Positions 13,457-26,215 of a DNA stretch of 64,000 nucleotides are shown here, piece after piece. The notes beneath the pieces were generated by a model, which was not told where the DNA came from, did not search any database, and saw only the letters and a list, made by a program, of their open reading frames with translations. This DNA comes from Eledone cirrhosa. Its lineage: Eukaryota. The stretch spans positions 234,546,001-234,610,000 of the forward strand of contig OZ024743.1 of the NCBI GenBank assembly GCA_964016885.1, in the 5' to 3' direction. The translations under genes were made by a program, and so were the position numbers. Every line of letters begins with the position of its first letter. Positions within the stretch are counted from its first letter, which is position 1.

Positions 13457-13493
13457 ATCTTTCATAAAGACCGCTGGGAATTTAAAATATATT
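13370..13493. repeat. Perfect 38-bp inverted repeat enclosing a (TA)n tract
   Basis: Arms 13370-13407 and 13456-13493 are exact reverse complements. Confidence 0.9.
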
Positions 13494-13501
13494 TTTATAT
13501 A

Positions 13502-14292
13502 CTGTATATACTCGTGTAAAAGTCAAAAATGTTAGGCCTTTTTTAAGGTTAAATTTAAGGGGTCTACTATTGCATGGATACTACTTTTCAGGGACTTGAA
13601 ATTCAAGCAAGAACCCCAAGTACCCTATCAGTAGCAGAAGCCCAACTGATCTCTAAATGAATAACCCACTCCTCCCCAAAAACCAACAACAATGAATTAC
13701 AGTATTATTACTGATTGTATGCATCAAAACATACGTCCAAATAAATAACAATACTCTTAAACAAATCCGCGTATCTGTTATAAATATTTTCACTTGGTCT
13801 TTTACTCGTTTTCATCAAACTTAGCAGATTAGCTTAGTGCAATCAATTCATATCTCGTAATTACTGTATATTACCAGGGTAATATATCTACCGGTATGCC
13901 ACTGCCTACCGTAGCACATGACTGTTACTTGCTCGGCGTGTTTCGCAACACAACTATCCAATCACATTATTTTTATAGTCGTGGTTGAAGTCACACTCAT
14001 CACAGGTGTGTTATGGTACTGTATATTAGTGCTGCATTTATATTTATAATTAATTCAATGCTACGTAAGGCTTTAAATATCAAAATTGATAACAGAAGTA
14101 GAAACGCCACCACTAACAATCATGACGATTTTGCAGGTGTTATTTCTATAGGATGATACCTTGACCCACAAATGTTGTCCGTGAAATACTAGGGTCGACT
14201 TTTATATAAGGTCTATAAAAAATTCCAGATTTTTTTGCCAAAAATAGGGTGTCAACTTTTGCATGGGATTGACTATTACTCGAGTATATATA
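13502..14292. mobile_element. Tc1/mariner-superfamily (pogo/Tigger-type) non-autonomous element
   Basis: Ends CTGTATATACTCGTGTAAAAGTCAA and TTGACTATTACTCGAGTATATA resemble the CCGTATATACTCGAGTATAAGTCGA TIR type; subterminal GGGTC-ACT-TT repeats; TA context. Confidence 0.65.
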
Positions 14293-14334
14293 TATATACT
14301 TCGTTTTTTAATTTGTTTTGCAATATTTCTTATC

Positions 14335-14670
14335 TGAAAACGTGTGTTGAAACAGATATTGTTATACTTTGGGAGGGTCTTGTTGCCGATAAAAACCAAA
14401 CCGGTCGGTCGGTTCGTTGGTTCGATAGCCGGATTGTTTATATACACAACACACAAACACAAGATGGTGTAGGACAGAACAATGGAGAGACACAAAATAA
14501 AAATCTAATTACTGAGGAGGTCACAGAATGTGTGACGAAAGAGCTTTGACAATATATAAACAACTATCCGGTTATCGAACCAACTAACCAACCGGAAATT
14601 TATAAGTTGAAGTGAAAATTGACAGGTGCGTGTGTTTTTATTGGCAGCATGACCCTCCCAAAGTATAAGT
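14335..14670 (+). mobile_element. Short fold-back element with central hammerhead-ribozyme-like core (probably Penelope-related)
   Basis: Nested inverted arms 14362-14396/14634-14668 and 14411-14444/14553-14589; relative at 45490-45680. Confidence 0.6.
14506..14550 (+). ncRNA. Minimal hammerhead ribozyme-like motif
   Basis: CTGAGGA (14512-18), G, stem II GTCACA/TGTGAC, GAAA (14537-40), GAGCTT. Stem I is weak. Confidence 0.55.
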
Positions 14671-14984
14671 ATATATATATACAGATCCAAATGAATAAGA
14701 CTAGTTTACAGTTTGCTAACTGATGATTAATTAGTTATTAATTCCTGTATATTTTAATATCACTAATCAGCTTAGCATTGTTTTCAATTCTCATAGTCAA
14801 AATACAAAATAGGCAAGCGAGCATACACACTATATGCGATCTTACTTAAAGAAACAAATATGATATTGAAGTATAAACTTGGTATAAATATTCAAGGGTT
14901 TAGAGCCCATAGGGACGAGTTAAGTATAATCTGCTACAACAGTGACATGTACAGGTACTTAAGTTTCGTTTGGCTATTTACTCC

Positions 14985-15249
14985 AACTCATTCACGCTCA
15001 GAGTTGCTGAAGCATGGAACAAACTGCCTGCGTCAGTTGTTAGCTGCCGAGACACTGCATCCTTTAAGACACTCATGCTTCCCGAAATACGCCAAAACTA
15101 CACCTGATGTACCCCTTCCATACACATGCACACATGTGTGTATCATGACTCGTGCACTGTTCATTTTCCTGATGTTTGTGCATTGCCCTATGTACTGTAC
15201 ATACACTTTTTGATGAGTTGTGGTGCACCTGGGCACTGTACACAATATT

Positions 15250-15282
<33 letters not shown>

Positions 15283-15412
15283 CATGACTCATACACTGTT
15301 CATTTTCCTGACATTTGTACATTATTCTATGTACTATACATGCACCTTTGATGAGTTGTAGTGCACCTGAGCACTGTACACAATAATTTCATTATTATCA
15401 TTATTATTATTA
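14985..15412 (+). mobile_element. CR1/L2-group LINE 3' end with (ATT)n tail and tandem duplicated 3'UTR
   Basis: Translates FTLRVAEAWNKLPASVVSCRDTASFK (CR1 ORF2 C-terminus); UTR ..GTGCACCTGAGCACTGTACACAATAATTTC(ATT)n occurs twice. Confidence 0.8.
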
Positions 15413-15455
15413 AATATACAGTACCTGTATGTGTCACTGTTGCAATTGCTTATAC

Positions 15456-15497
<42 letters not shown>

Positions 15498-15642
15498 ATG
15501 TGAAAAAGAGGAGCGGGAGTATCACGTATACATCTTCTGTTTATTATAGGATAATATAACAAACAGGATGTATAGGTGATACCGTCCTCCTGTTTTATCA
15601 TATAGACACTCCGTCTGATACTTTATAGGTAATACCTTAAAG

Positions 15643-15959
15643 CAGGGGTTCTCAACCTGGTCCATGTGGACCACTAGTGGTCCACAGAAAATTTTCAATA
15701 GCAAATTCTTTTTTGATCCATGCATTTGACTTAAAGCGCTGTCCTTATTCTTTGCATAAGTACGACTTCAGCTGTTTATTTGCGTAGATTTTTAGGCACT
15801 GCGACATGATAATAGCATTTTCTAATTCATTGAAAAAAAACATCTACTGATGCTTATAAGTAGCAGTTCTATTACAAAAGATTTAAAAGTTTAGGTGGTC
15901 CACAGGAAAAAATTCCTTATTTTGGTGGTCCACAGCGAAAAAAAGGTTGAGAACCCCTG
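15643..15959. mobile_element. hAT (Buster-type) MITE, 317 bp
   Basis: TIR CAGGGGTTCTCAACCT / AGGTTGAGAACCCCTG; perfect TSD CCTTAAAG (15635-42, 15960-67); subterminal GGTCCAC repeats. Confidence 0.93.
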
Positions 15960-16114
15960 CCTTAAAGTATCCATGTCATGGTGTGCTTACGTCTGATTAC
16001 ACTACAATCGGTCGTTTGCTTGATCAACCAAAACTTTTTACTTGGAACCACACACACACGCACACATATATAAAGTCACAAGATAAAAACCTTAATTTTC
16101 TTTACTTGATAATA

Positions 16115-17073
16115 TCTATATACATAAATGGTAATTTCTGTCTGTTTGTTTGTGGACCTAAAACTACCAAACCCATCTTGATGAAACTTGAGACGTGTGT
16201 GGGGCTCATGCCCATTTGATTTCTTACGTATATTTCATTTTAATCAAAGGGTTCCCCGGGGGTTCAAACCCCCGCTTAATTTTTTCCCTTCGATTTATAT
16301 GAAATTTAAACCATGGGTAAATGACAAGATATGATGCCTATTCACAAAATTTCAGCAAATTTCAATATTATTGGGGGTTAAACCTCATAGTGAAAATGTT
16401 GGCCAATAAATTGAACAAGATTTCACGAACTCCTCCTATGGTTTTGGAGATAGACCCCATAACCATATATATTCTGAAACTACATTGCCCGGGGTACTTG
16501 GATAAGTATATTTCATTTTAATCAAAGAGTTCCCCGCTGAAAAATTTTTCCCTTCGATTTATATGAAATTTAAAGGTAAATGACAAGATATGATGCCTAT
16601 TCACAACATTTCAGCAATGAAACCCCCTAATGGGGGTTCTATTTTTTTCCATATAGCAATACTCAACTTCTCTGACAAACAAAAAAATTTTTGCTTGACC
16701 AATGCAATCAACAATATTTGTTTGTATTATTGTTTCGTAAATGGCGGTGGATTGGCAGTATCGGTAGAGGTTCGGACGCCATGCTTTGACGCATAGAGTT
16801 ACGGCCCTTGCCATTCTGAGTTCAAATCCCGCCGAGGTTAACTTTGCCTTTCATCCTTACGGGGTCGATAAAATAAAGTACCAGTAATGTACTGGGTAAT
16901 TTTCTGGCCTTGTGCCAATAGTAGAAACAATTATTGTTTCGTAAATGAATTTGTCTTCGCTTTTCATTATCTGTCCTATATTTTGATTTCATTTTTGGTC
17001 TGAGAGGCATTGGGCATTTTAATGGGAACTGGGAATACTCCCACTCCCGGGTATTACCAGGTACCTCAGCTAA
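16115..17073 (+). mobile_element. Non-autonomous Helitron with internal duplication and nested SINE
   Basis: A|TCTATATACATAAA start, GTCTGTTTGTTTG microsatellite, 3' hairpin CCCGGGTATTACCAGG followed by CTAA|T; 16230-16350 repeated at ~16507-16615. Confidence 0.7.
16743..16935 (+). mobile_element. SINE family 1 copy nested in the Helitron
   Basis: Full head, core and tail; flanked by the direct repeat TTGTTTCGTAAATG (TSD-like). Confidence 0.88.
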
Positions 17074-19624
17074 TATATATATATAACGTCGAACAAAATT
17101 GTACTTCAGTTGGGACAAAACAAAGTATATCAATTATATTATTGTGATACAATTATTTCCCTTTGACTAGTTAGATGAAGTTTTTTGTTGCTTGTCGACA
17201 TGCATATTTGTCTCTTTCATCCTATCGAAATTCCAAAATCAATAATTATTTCATGATAGCAAGTAACTTAGTGAACAACAAAGAGGCACTATCAAACTTA
17301 TATATTAGTCAAACTAAATTGAAAATGGGCAATTTTGTGTCATAGAATCAAGAGTTGGTACAAAAAGGGTTAAAGTTTTTAAGTTTGTAATATATTACAA
17401 TGCCAAGTTTCTACAGCTGGGTGAATTATTAAAAATAAAAATATTGTCAATTAAAAAAAATTACATATTCAAAAATAAAGGGAATTATTATATAAGAGAG
17501 GTGTATAGTAATTTGTATGACGCTTAAGTAAAATTTTGCCAAATGTAATTGCTTCATAAATCTGTGAACGTCTAACAATTTCACTTCCAAAACCAGCCAT
17601 CATAGTAATCGTTAAATTATTGAATGTTTCATTTCATACCCGATTTAGTGACTGTTCAATAAAGATTACTGTTGATAACAACTAATCTTCTACTCTACAA
17701 TAAAATGTGCCTTGTATCTTTTACAGGCCGTCATAAAAAGGATGGTAATTTTTAAAAATATAATCCCTCTTGATGGTCTCACTAGCCTAATTAGCACATT
17801 CTCAGTAATGAACCACTTCATTCCATTCCTAAGAATTTTTTTATTCTCTTCTTTGTAAATAGCGTATCATACTTTTTCCTTCTGTGCACCTTTTTTTTTA
17901 TATTTTATATTTTTACACGGCTAGTAGCATAAATGAGAGAAGAAACCAAAATATTTTTTTGCAGACAGAAATTATTATTATTGAATAATGTACTCCTTTG
18001 GGGGTGGGGGGAAAATTGTGAGTGCTATTGAGTTGATGTAAGCTCCTATTGAGTGTCATTTGGGGGAAAAGTTCTAAATGCTATAGAGATGTAAACTCTT
18101 GGGTGTAATTTTGTGGAAAAGTTGTGAGTGCTATAGAGTAAGCTTCTACTGAGTGTGTTAGATTAAGTGATGACCCATCCTGTGTCATCTCCTCATCTAT
18201 TTGTTAACATCTGTTCTTGCTAGCAAGGGCCAGATGGGTTGTTACAAACTAAGTCAGTCCATAATTTAAGCTACACACCTCTCAGACATTTTGTGGGCCG
18301 TATCTTACATACATTCCTGCATTCTCTTGCTCTCTCTCTCCAGAGTGCCCCAGGTACATTTTTATGATACCAGCACAAATGAAAGGTTCTCTCACTCCCC
18401 CCACCCCTTGTGATTTCCCAAAGTTTCCTGACAAATTACATAACACACGAATTTATTCTGTACACATCTCCTGCTTTTGAGGAGGTCTAGCCGTTTTACT
18501 TGTTTAATACTTTTAAGAAAATTAATGTTGCATAAGTTATAATGAAAAACACTCACATAATCCCTCTATATTCATTGTCATACAGAATCACTCTTCTTTT
18601 TTCTATAGTATGGTGATTTTTGTTTTGTAATCGTTTTTACCAAGTGAGAGAAACTCTATATTACCAATACAAACGTATTTTCTAAATGATACTGTATCAC
18701 TTTTTTTACTTTCAATATCACTTATCTTGGTAACAAAGCTAATTATACTACCTAATAATGTAGCAGAATCATTAGAAAATCAGAATGCTTTGGAGTCTTC
18801 ATTCTAACCTGCTGTATGCTGACTTCAAAACACCTCCTTTTTTCTTGCATGCCCAATTATATTCTTTAAAAAACTGTAAATGAATATGAGGAAAGTGTTT
18901 TAAAATTTATGTACACCAAACCTGTTTAATGTCGTGGCAGTAAAGTTATCTCCCTTGTAATAATTTAGTGCCAAGAAGCACAAAATCAATCAGATATTGA
19001 CATTTTGAAGTCTGATTTATAACCTTATACATACATAACAGTCATATAAATAATTTATCTTTGCATAATTTGACACAGTAATTAAACAACGACTGGTCTG
19101 ACACCTCTTTTAGTGTAGTTAAAATGAACAGAAGCACTTTGAAATTTGCATTTTTCATTATCACCAGTCTAGTCAAGCCCACAAGATTATCTGCTATAAA
19201 TACTGGTAACATTTCATTGAAATATGCACCCTATTATCTTAAATAAATACTCTAATATACAAAAAGACACAGTAAACTGTCTGATGAGGGTTACCTAGGC
19301 TAAATAATTGTTATGGGTGCCCTAATAGAAGTTCAAGTTGAAGTGACAGAATGAGTTCAAGAGAACTTAAGCCTTGAGAACTGTGTCCTGGACATATTTA
19401 GTTGAACAATGACCAGAAAAGTACTTGAGTTGATTTTAATCATCATTTAGTGTGGAGTTTGGTGGAGAGGATGACGAAAGACAAGAATATCAAATAAACT
19501 TAACTGAGAGCCGGAAGTGATAGAATATTTGCACGTTCAGTGGAAAATTATCTAAATACTCTACCCACCTCCTAATTTCTAGCCTTGTATCTAGGTTATA
19601 GAAACAACTATTATAGTCATCAAA

Positions 19625-20002
19625 GGCAGTCGATTGGCGTTATCAGTAGAGCGTCGGACATACTTTGCAGCATAGAGTTACATCCCTTTAAGTTCTGATT
19701 TCAAATCCTGCCAGGGTTAGCTTTGTCTTTTAAATAAATATAATAATGAAATTATTGTGTACAGTGCTCAGGTGCACTACAACTCATGAAAAGTGCATGT
19801 ATAGTACATAGAATAATGTACAAATGTCAGGAAAATGAACAGTGTACGAGTCATGAAACACGTGTGCATGTGTATGGAGGGGGGGGGGTCATCCTTACGA
19901 GTTGAGAAAATAAAGTACCAGTAATGCACTAGGGTCAAATTAATCGACTTTGCCCTTCCCCAAAAATTGCCGGCCTTTTGCCTGAATCAGAAAGCATTAT
20001 TA
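19625..20002 (+). mobile_element. Degenerate SINE family 1 copy interrupted by an inverted CR1 3'-end fragment (19737-19885)
   Basis: SINE head at 19625 and core/tail at 19890-20000; the insert is the reverse complement of the 15280-15412 sequence. Confidence 0.75.
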
Positions 20003-21377
20003 TAGTCACCACCATTGTTGTTATTGTTGTTATTATGTCTGGATTTTGCTTTGTGTTTGTACTAGTTGACTCCAAGTCTCACCCAGAGACCTCTAAAGAC
20101 AACAAGTTATAAGTTCAAGTGGGCATTATAATTAGGATGATTGATAACTGCTGTATTTTGTAGTGTAGTTCAGTGATAAGGATTTCTGTTTTGTGCACCT
20201 ATTGTTCTAGAAAGTGTCTGTCAAATGAAGAAAATTTAAAGTTTGTTTAAAAGTAGTTGTTTGGTGATAAAATAATAGTTTGATAATAAACTGATGATAA
20301 AAGGTATTTACTATTATGTATATTTAAGAGTACTTTTGACAATATGTTTTAAAATTTTGTTTAAATAGTTGTTGTTGCTGTTGTTATTTCCTTGCAAATC
20401 GGATCTGGATGATGATGATACCAGTTTTTTATTGTTTCCTTAGAATTTATATATTTTCCAGTGGATGTACTACTGCCCTACTCTGTCATGTCTGTTTTTG
20501 TATTCAGAAAATTCTTTTCATTGTAGAACAGTTTTCCAGTATCATTTTGTTTATTAGTAGTTGGGCCTTACAACCATATAGCCCCCCACCACCACCACCA
20601 TCATTTGCACCACTATTAGTGGTAAAATATTATTATTTCACCTACTTTACCTCTTTTTTGTTGAGTTTAATGGAATATTGACCATGGAGTGGTTTTACTT
20701 TCAATTTATTTTCCAGTATTTTTAAAAATTCTATTTCAATATATATTTTTTTCTTTAACTCTTTCTGTTATATTGTTCTTATCTAAATATATTGTTTCGG
20801 TGTAGTTAGCTTCTAGTTTATATTTTATCATTTTCTTGTGTATAGAGAAAAGCATTTTATTTTTTATTTTTTTCATGTTACCTTATTACACTTATCAGCC
20901 TTTCTCTGTTATTTTATATTAATTTTCTATTTGTATCAGGTTATGCCATCCTTGTATGTGGGTTAGGTATAATTAATTTATATCTGTTTGGCAGCGTGGA
21001 TAGCTATGGAATGTTTTCAGTAATTTCCTGGTTTTTCTATCTATTTTTCAACTCCTTTAGCTTCCAGTTTTTTATATTGAAGCTGGGTATGGCTAACATA
21101 TTTATACCTGCTGTCATATTTCCAAATAAGTCTTTTAATATTAGTCTAATTTTCCTGTAGTACTTTTTCCTAATTTTCTTTTTCATTTTTGAGTGTTGTA
21201 TTTTATTGGTTTCATCTATTCCTGGGTATTTTTAACTCATGCTAGCATGGAAAAAAGGACATTAAAAGGTGATGAGGATGATTGTGGTCTAATTTTTTTT
21301 ATTTTGGTGTCTATGTCTTGTGTAATATTCTCCGTTCTGGTTAATTTACCCCTTGTTATAGTAATTTTGACACATTT

Positions 21378-21740
21378 GTCTTCTTCTTCGCCCACCTATT
21401 CCTGAGAGGGTCGCGAGGGAAGAATTCTTAAGCACTCCTTCCAGCAGGTCCCGTCAGAATCAACTGTCTCCAAATGATCCAGCTAGATCCCCAAGTGAGA
21501 CTAGCAGTGTTCATGGATGTTATCCAACTATTTTGCTCTGGGTCCTGTCGGTTGGTTTTGCCTGTAAAATCTGTCCAGTGATTCTTTCCTGAGACATTCT
21601 AACCACATGCTGATAATATTGGAGCCATGATCTCTCAATTTGTAAAAGTAGCTGCTTTACCTGGAGTGAATCTCTGATCTCCAAGCTACACACTCTATCA
21701 AGTAACATTACTCTGAAGACCCTTAAGAAGAACCCCATTT
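21378..21740 (-). mobile_element. Old RTE 3' fragment
   Basis: ORF 21520-21738 LLLQIERSWLQYYQHVVRM; (GAA)n tail; homologous to 466-860. Confidence 0.8.
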
Positions 21741-21942
21741 GCCAAATCCCAATTTTTTAGGTTTTTTCTAGTTCGGTGTTGTCCCTTGTAAATATTTTTA
21801 GGTTATCCATTATTCTATATTAATGATTTATGAGAAATGGTCACTTAAGTAATGTAATTACCAATTTGCTATTGCTTCTTCATTACCTAGTTTGATTCAT
21901 CGGTTAAACTATTACAGTTATGCAATTGTTTATTATTTTCAG

Positions 21943-22119
21943 ATGGTGAGGAACTACTGGGGGAAAACACATCAGGGTTCATGGCAAAAAACTAATCTTC
22001 ATGGAGCCATTATGGCTGTCTTAAAAGGAGAGCTGGGCTACATGAAAGCTTCTAAAATATTCAACATACCAAAAACAACGTTAATTCGTTATGTAAAGAA
22101 GCATAAAAACTTTGTGATG
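21943..22119 (+). CDS. Candidate exon encoding a pipsqueak-type helix-turn-helix (pogo/Tigger/CENP-B-like N-terminus)
   Basis: Acceptor TTTATTATTTTCAG|ATG, donor ATG|GTGAGT, 177 nt = 59 codons: MVRNYWGKT..GSW..AIMAVLKGELGYMKASKIFNIPKTTLIRYVKK. Confidence 0.55.
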
Positions 22120-22576
22120 GTGAGTGTTAAAGTTTAGTCACTCTTGTTCCATTAAGATAAATACTTAACACTTTTAATCCCATATCAGAAATATAATTAA
22201 AACAGGAAAAGAAGTGCAGAAGTTGTGAATAAGTGTTTACCTGTATAGCTGCATATAGATCTTTATATACCATATAACTCGAAAATAAGCCAATCCAAAT
22301 ACAAGCCGGCCCCTATTTCTTGTCTGAGAAATGGGCAAACATTTAAACACCATTTATAAACTGTGGCAGCTAATCAACATATTGTTTAGATGGAGTATAT
22401 AAGCCAACAACTCCTCAATTTAACAGGGATTTTTTGGTTACATATTCCTCACCTTATATTCAAATATGTATGGTGTGTATATTTTATTGTGAGTAATAAA
22501 AATGGGTTTTTAAGGCTAAATAATATTGTGCAAGTTATAGATAAAACTATATCATTCCCATTGGATAAAAAATGTA

Positions 22577-22705
22577 TTCATCATCATCATCCTTTTTATG
22601 TCTGTTTTCGCATGTTTACATGGGTCCTTTTCAGCACAGCTTCTCTCCACATACTGCGTTCTTTCATGATCTCTGTGAGTCTCAACAGCTTGAGATCAGC
22701 TCCAT
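22577..22705 (-). mobile_element. RTE 3'-tip fragment (family B-like)
   Basis: (CAT)n tail plus similarity to the end of the family B ORF (DLKLLRLTEIMKERSMWREAV). Confidence 0.6.
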
Positions 22706-23217
22706 AAAATAAAATGAGAATAATGCTGATAATGATTTCTTATATTGACATTACCATCATCAACTGACCTCAGTAGGATTGGAAATCAAAATGTAAAGAA
22801 GAATCAACTGACTGAATGCTTCTTGATATTTAGTTCAGCACTTTACTATTTCTGCTGCTTCGATGCCCTTAATGGAGGAGCTCTCTTACATTGGTATAAT
22901 GCCACAGATTTATAAAGAAGAGATATAGTTAATTCAATGAATTTCATATATATTATTGGATCTTTCTTTATAATATTGGAGCAATGAAAAACAAAATTGA
23001 TTCCAGCCAATTTGATGCACTTGTGGTGTCTTTGGAAGCATCCGAAACTATAATGAACCCCAGAAATCAACTGATGAGCGGGATTTGTCCATGTGCTTGT
23101 CTCTTCCGAGTTTTCTGTATAATTCCTATATGTGTTTTCTAATAATGTTATCACAGCCTAATTTTGAAATCAAAACCATTGTTTACTACTGCAATGATTT
23201 ATCTCTCTCTCTCTCTC

Positions 23218-23267
<50 letters not shown>

Positions 23268-23572
23268 ATAGTGCCAGCTTGGTTGGTTATATTTAATTGG
23301 CAATAGCACTAAGACATATATATATATTCATTTTATTTGAGTACTACATGCTATCAACTACATACGGATACATGTGCTGAGTGCGGAATGTGGGGGGTTA
23401 TCCTACAGTGGAACAGTAAGTGCCAGGTCAGAAGTGTAGCCTAGAAGCTAGTGACTGACATCTGGCCATATAGTGTGAGGCCTACCCAGATTTATATGGG
23501 AGCCTAGAGATTGGACAGGAAAAGTGAGCTGAGCAAGTGGATGGGAAGTGACACTGTGGTCAGGATTTTACA

Positions 23573-23604
<32 letters not shown>

Positions 23605-24950
23605 CATCATCATCATCATCGTTTAACGTCCATATTCCACGCTCGCATGGGTTTGGACGGGAATTTTCCCACTTGAGGCAAGAGTGGTTGTCTTGCTTGC
23701 ATAGGACTATCTGGCGGGTTTTCTACGGCTGGATGCCCTTCTTAACACCAACCACATTTACAGTGTGGAACTGGGAAGTTTTTACCGTGTTACCTACACG
23801 GCCACATTACAGCGTGGACTGTGTGTTTTTTTGTCGTGACACCTACACGACCTCATTTGTTTCGGGCTGGATGTTGTGGTACCAACATAACTTTACATTG
23901 AAAGGGGCGGTGTGGATGGGGTGGGGGTAGTGGGACGGGGGTGTATTTTGTTAGAGGTGCTTACTGACTGTAGTAGGTTTCACTTTGCATTTAGGTAAGG
24001 CGGGTCTTCTCTATTACTGTGTAGCGCCAAAGATCTCGGTCCAGTGACATTGTCTTGGAGAGGTGTAAGTGTGTGAGGTCGGAATTTATCAAGTCGTCCC
24101 AGGTTTTTCTGGGTCTGCCTACTCCATGGCTACCGTCTATTTTTATTGCCCTGTACTTTTTTATACAGCTGTCATCTTTCATGCGCATCACGTGACCATA
24201 CCAATGTAGTCTTCTCTCGAGTAAACAACATCTGATCCCTCTTATTTCTAATTTCTCCCTTAGTTCGTTTATGCTTTGCCATTCACGTATATTACTATTA
24301 CACATCCAGCGGAGCATGCAAGCTTCGTTTCTCTCCAGTCTGCGTATATCCTCTGCACACAATGCCCAGGTCCCACTGCCATGTAACATTGCTGTTCGTA
24401 TGCAGGCATCATACAGTCTGCCTTTCATTTTTAGAGAGAACCCTTTAGCGGCCAATAAGCTCTCTGAACTTTTTTCATCCCGTTCTGACTCTAGCTACTG
24501 TACTTTCAGAGCACCCTCCCCCACTGCTGATTTTGTCACCCAGGTAACGGAAGCTGTCCACTATTTCTATAGAACCATCTGTGCAATGGAATGAGTTAGT
24601 ATTCTGTGGGCACTTGCTGCTCCTTATTGCACCAGAGCACCGGCCACATATAAAATCTATATTCTTAGTTAGCTTACCTGTGATCCGACTACATCTTTTA
24701 TGTAACCATACTTTGCATTTGGGACATAAAATGGAGTTTCTACCTACTCCTTTCCTACACACTGAGCATGGCCATTTCCCAGATGGGACCGGTGCCCTAT
24801 TTTCCTTCCTATAAACTAGAACTTTAGTCTTAGACAAGTTAACTTTAAGGCCTTTTGATTCTAGGCCATGCTTCCATGTTTGGAATTTCTTCTCTAGTTC
24901 AGCCATTGATTCAGCTATGAGCGTTAGATCATCTGCATATAGGAGTTCCC
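23605..24950 (-). mobile_element. RTE LINE family A, 5'-truncated copy
   Basis: YADD, PHD-like insert, FRYLG, RLHWYGHVMR and GRPRKTW; ~390-bp 3'UTR and (GAT)n tail; both ends lie in (TA)n. Confidence 0.93.
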
Positions 24951-25324
24951 ATATATATATATATATACACACTCACACAAATTTAGACAACATACAAAAA
25001 ACTATTTTTCATATATCAAGTTGAGCAACTACCAGTATTATGTACATATATATAGAAACAAATGGATGAAATGACAGATTTTCAATTACAAGTAGTATAA
25101 GAGAGAGAGGGGGAGAAGCGGGTAGAAATGTAGTCACTGAAAGATAGAATTTAGCTGAAATCGCCTAAAGCTTTAGGCTTGATTCTATCTTTATAATTTG
25201 TTTATATATTTATATATGTACATAATACTACAAGTTTCTTATTTTGATATCTTCATATATGAAACATACTTTTTTGTATGTCGTTTAAATTTGTGTCTGT
25301 GTGTATATATATATATATATATAT

Positions 25325-25782
25325 CAGGGGCGAAGGGTGCGTGCATGCAACGCATGCAGTGCATGCGTTATAGAATCTTGAGTTGATCAATTGTGTCGGT
25401 TGAAGCAAGCAGAATTTTGGCTGCTTACTAAATCGTAGACACATAAAAAGACAACACACACACATACACACGACAGCGTCGGTTGAAGCAAGCAGAATTT
25501 TGGCTGCTTGCTAAACCGTAGACACATAAAAAGACAACACACACACATACACACAAACACACGACAGCGTCGGTTGAAGCAAGCATAATTTTGGCTGCTT
25601 ACTAAATTGTAGACACATAAAAAGATAACACACACACATACACACTAGATAACACTACATGCAGCTTTGACCGGGAGAGTCATTTAGAGAGAATGTGGGG
25701 GGCAGGTAAGGCTGCATAGCCCCACTTTCCGCCATGGCGATTGGACAGCATGCCCTGCTTTCCATCTTACCCTTCGCCACTG
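25325..25782. mobile_element. hAT-type MITE with three internal ~80-bp tandem repeats
   Basis: TIR CAGGGGCGAAGGGT / ACCCTTCGCCACTG in an (AT)n context; GTCGGTTGAAGCAAGCA..GACACATAAAAAGA unit x3 (25395-25645). Confidence 0.75.
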
Positions 25783-25796
25783 ATATATATATATAT

Positions 25797-25850
25797 ACCC
25801 TTGCAAGCAGGGAAAAGCGGACGTAAAATGATGATGATGATGATGATGAT
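25797..25850 (+). mobile_element. RTE family B / SINE family 2 3' tip
   Basis: CCCTTGCAAGCAGGGAAAAGCGGACGTAAAATGATGAT is identical to the end at 38965-39004. Confidence 0.8.
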
Positions 25851-25922
25851 ATGAAGTATTTCCGTCAGAAAGGTACAGGAAAAAAGAGTGCACTATGTAG
25901 GCTACAGAGCTTATTAGTTATG

Positions 25923-26202
25923 TGTGGTTAGAAAAAGCTATCTCACTTACCGCTTTTCACAGGCGCCGCTAAATTCCACTGCAGGTACTCCTCTTCCACG
26001 TGCGTCCGACTGCTTAAAACCGGGAGCTGCCCAAAACGCGTCCTCACCGTATGCTGGTCACCACTAGAGAGAGGCCCTCTCCTGGCCCTTCCGGTCGAGC
26101 ATCCTTCCGGTCAAAGACCCCTTCAGGTCGAGCACTCAAAAACCCCTTCCGGTCGAGCACTCCCCCCCGCCCCCGGCCACCGCACGCCACACCATACCCA
26201 CA
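25923..26202 (-). repeat. 3' LTR (280 bp)
   Basis: Near-identical to 29872-30106 except for extra CCTTCCGGTCGAGCA-type repeat units. Confidence 0.93.
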
Positions 26203-26215
26203 CGCCCCCCTGATC

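Noticed and set aside
19278-19335. Hammerhead (CTGATGA plus stem GGGTTACC/GGTGCCC)
   Set aside because: The required GAAA after stem II is missing; at most a decayed relic.
23036-23090. Permuted hammerhead (CGAAAC..CTGATGA)
   Set aside because: The stems do not pair convincingly.
22846-23154. 102-aa ORF (and the 11242-11554 ORFs) as host genes
   Set aside because: No recognisable domain and no clear splice signals.
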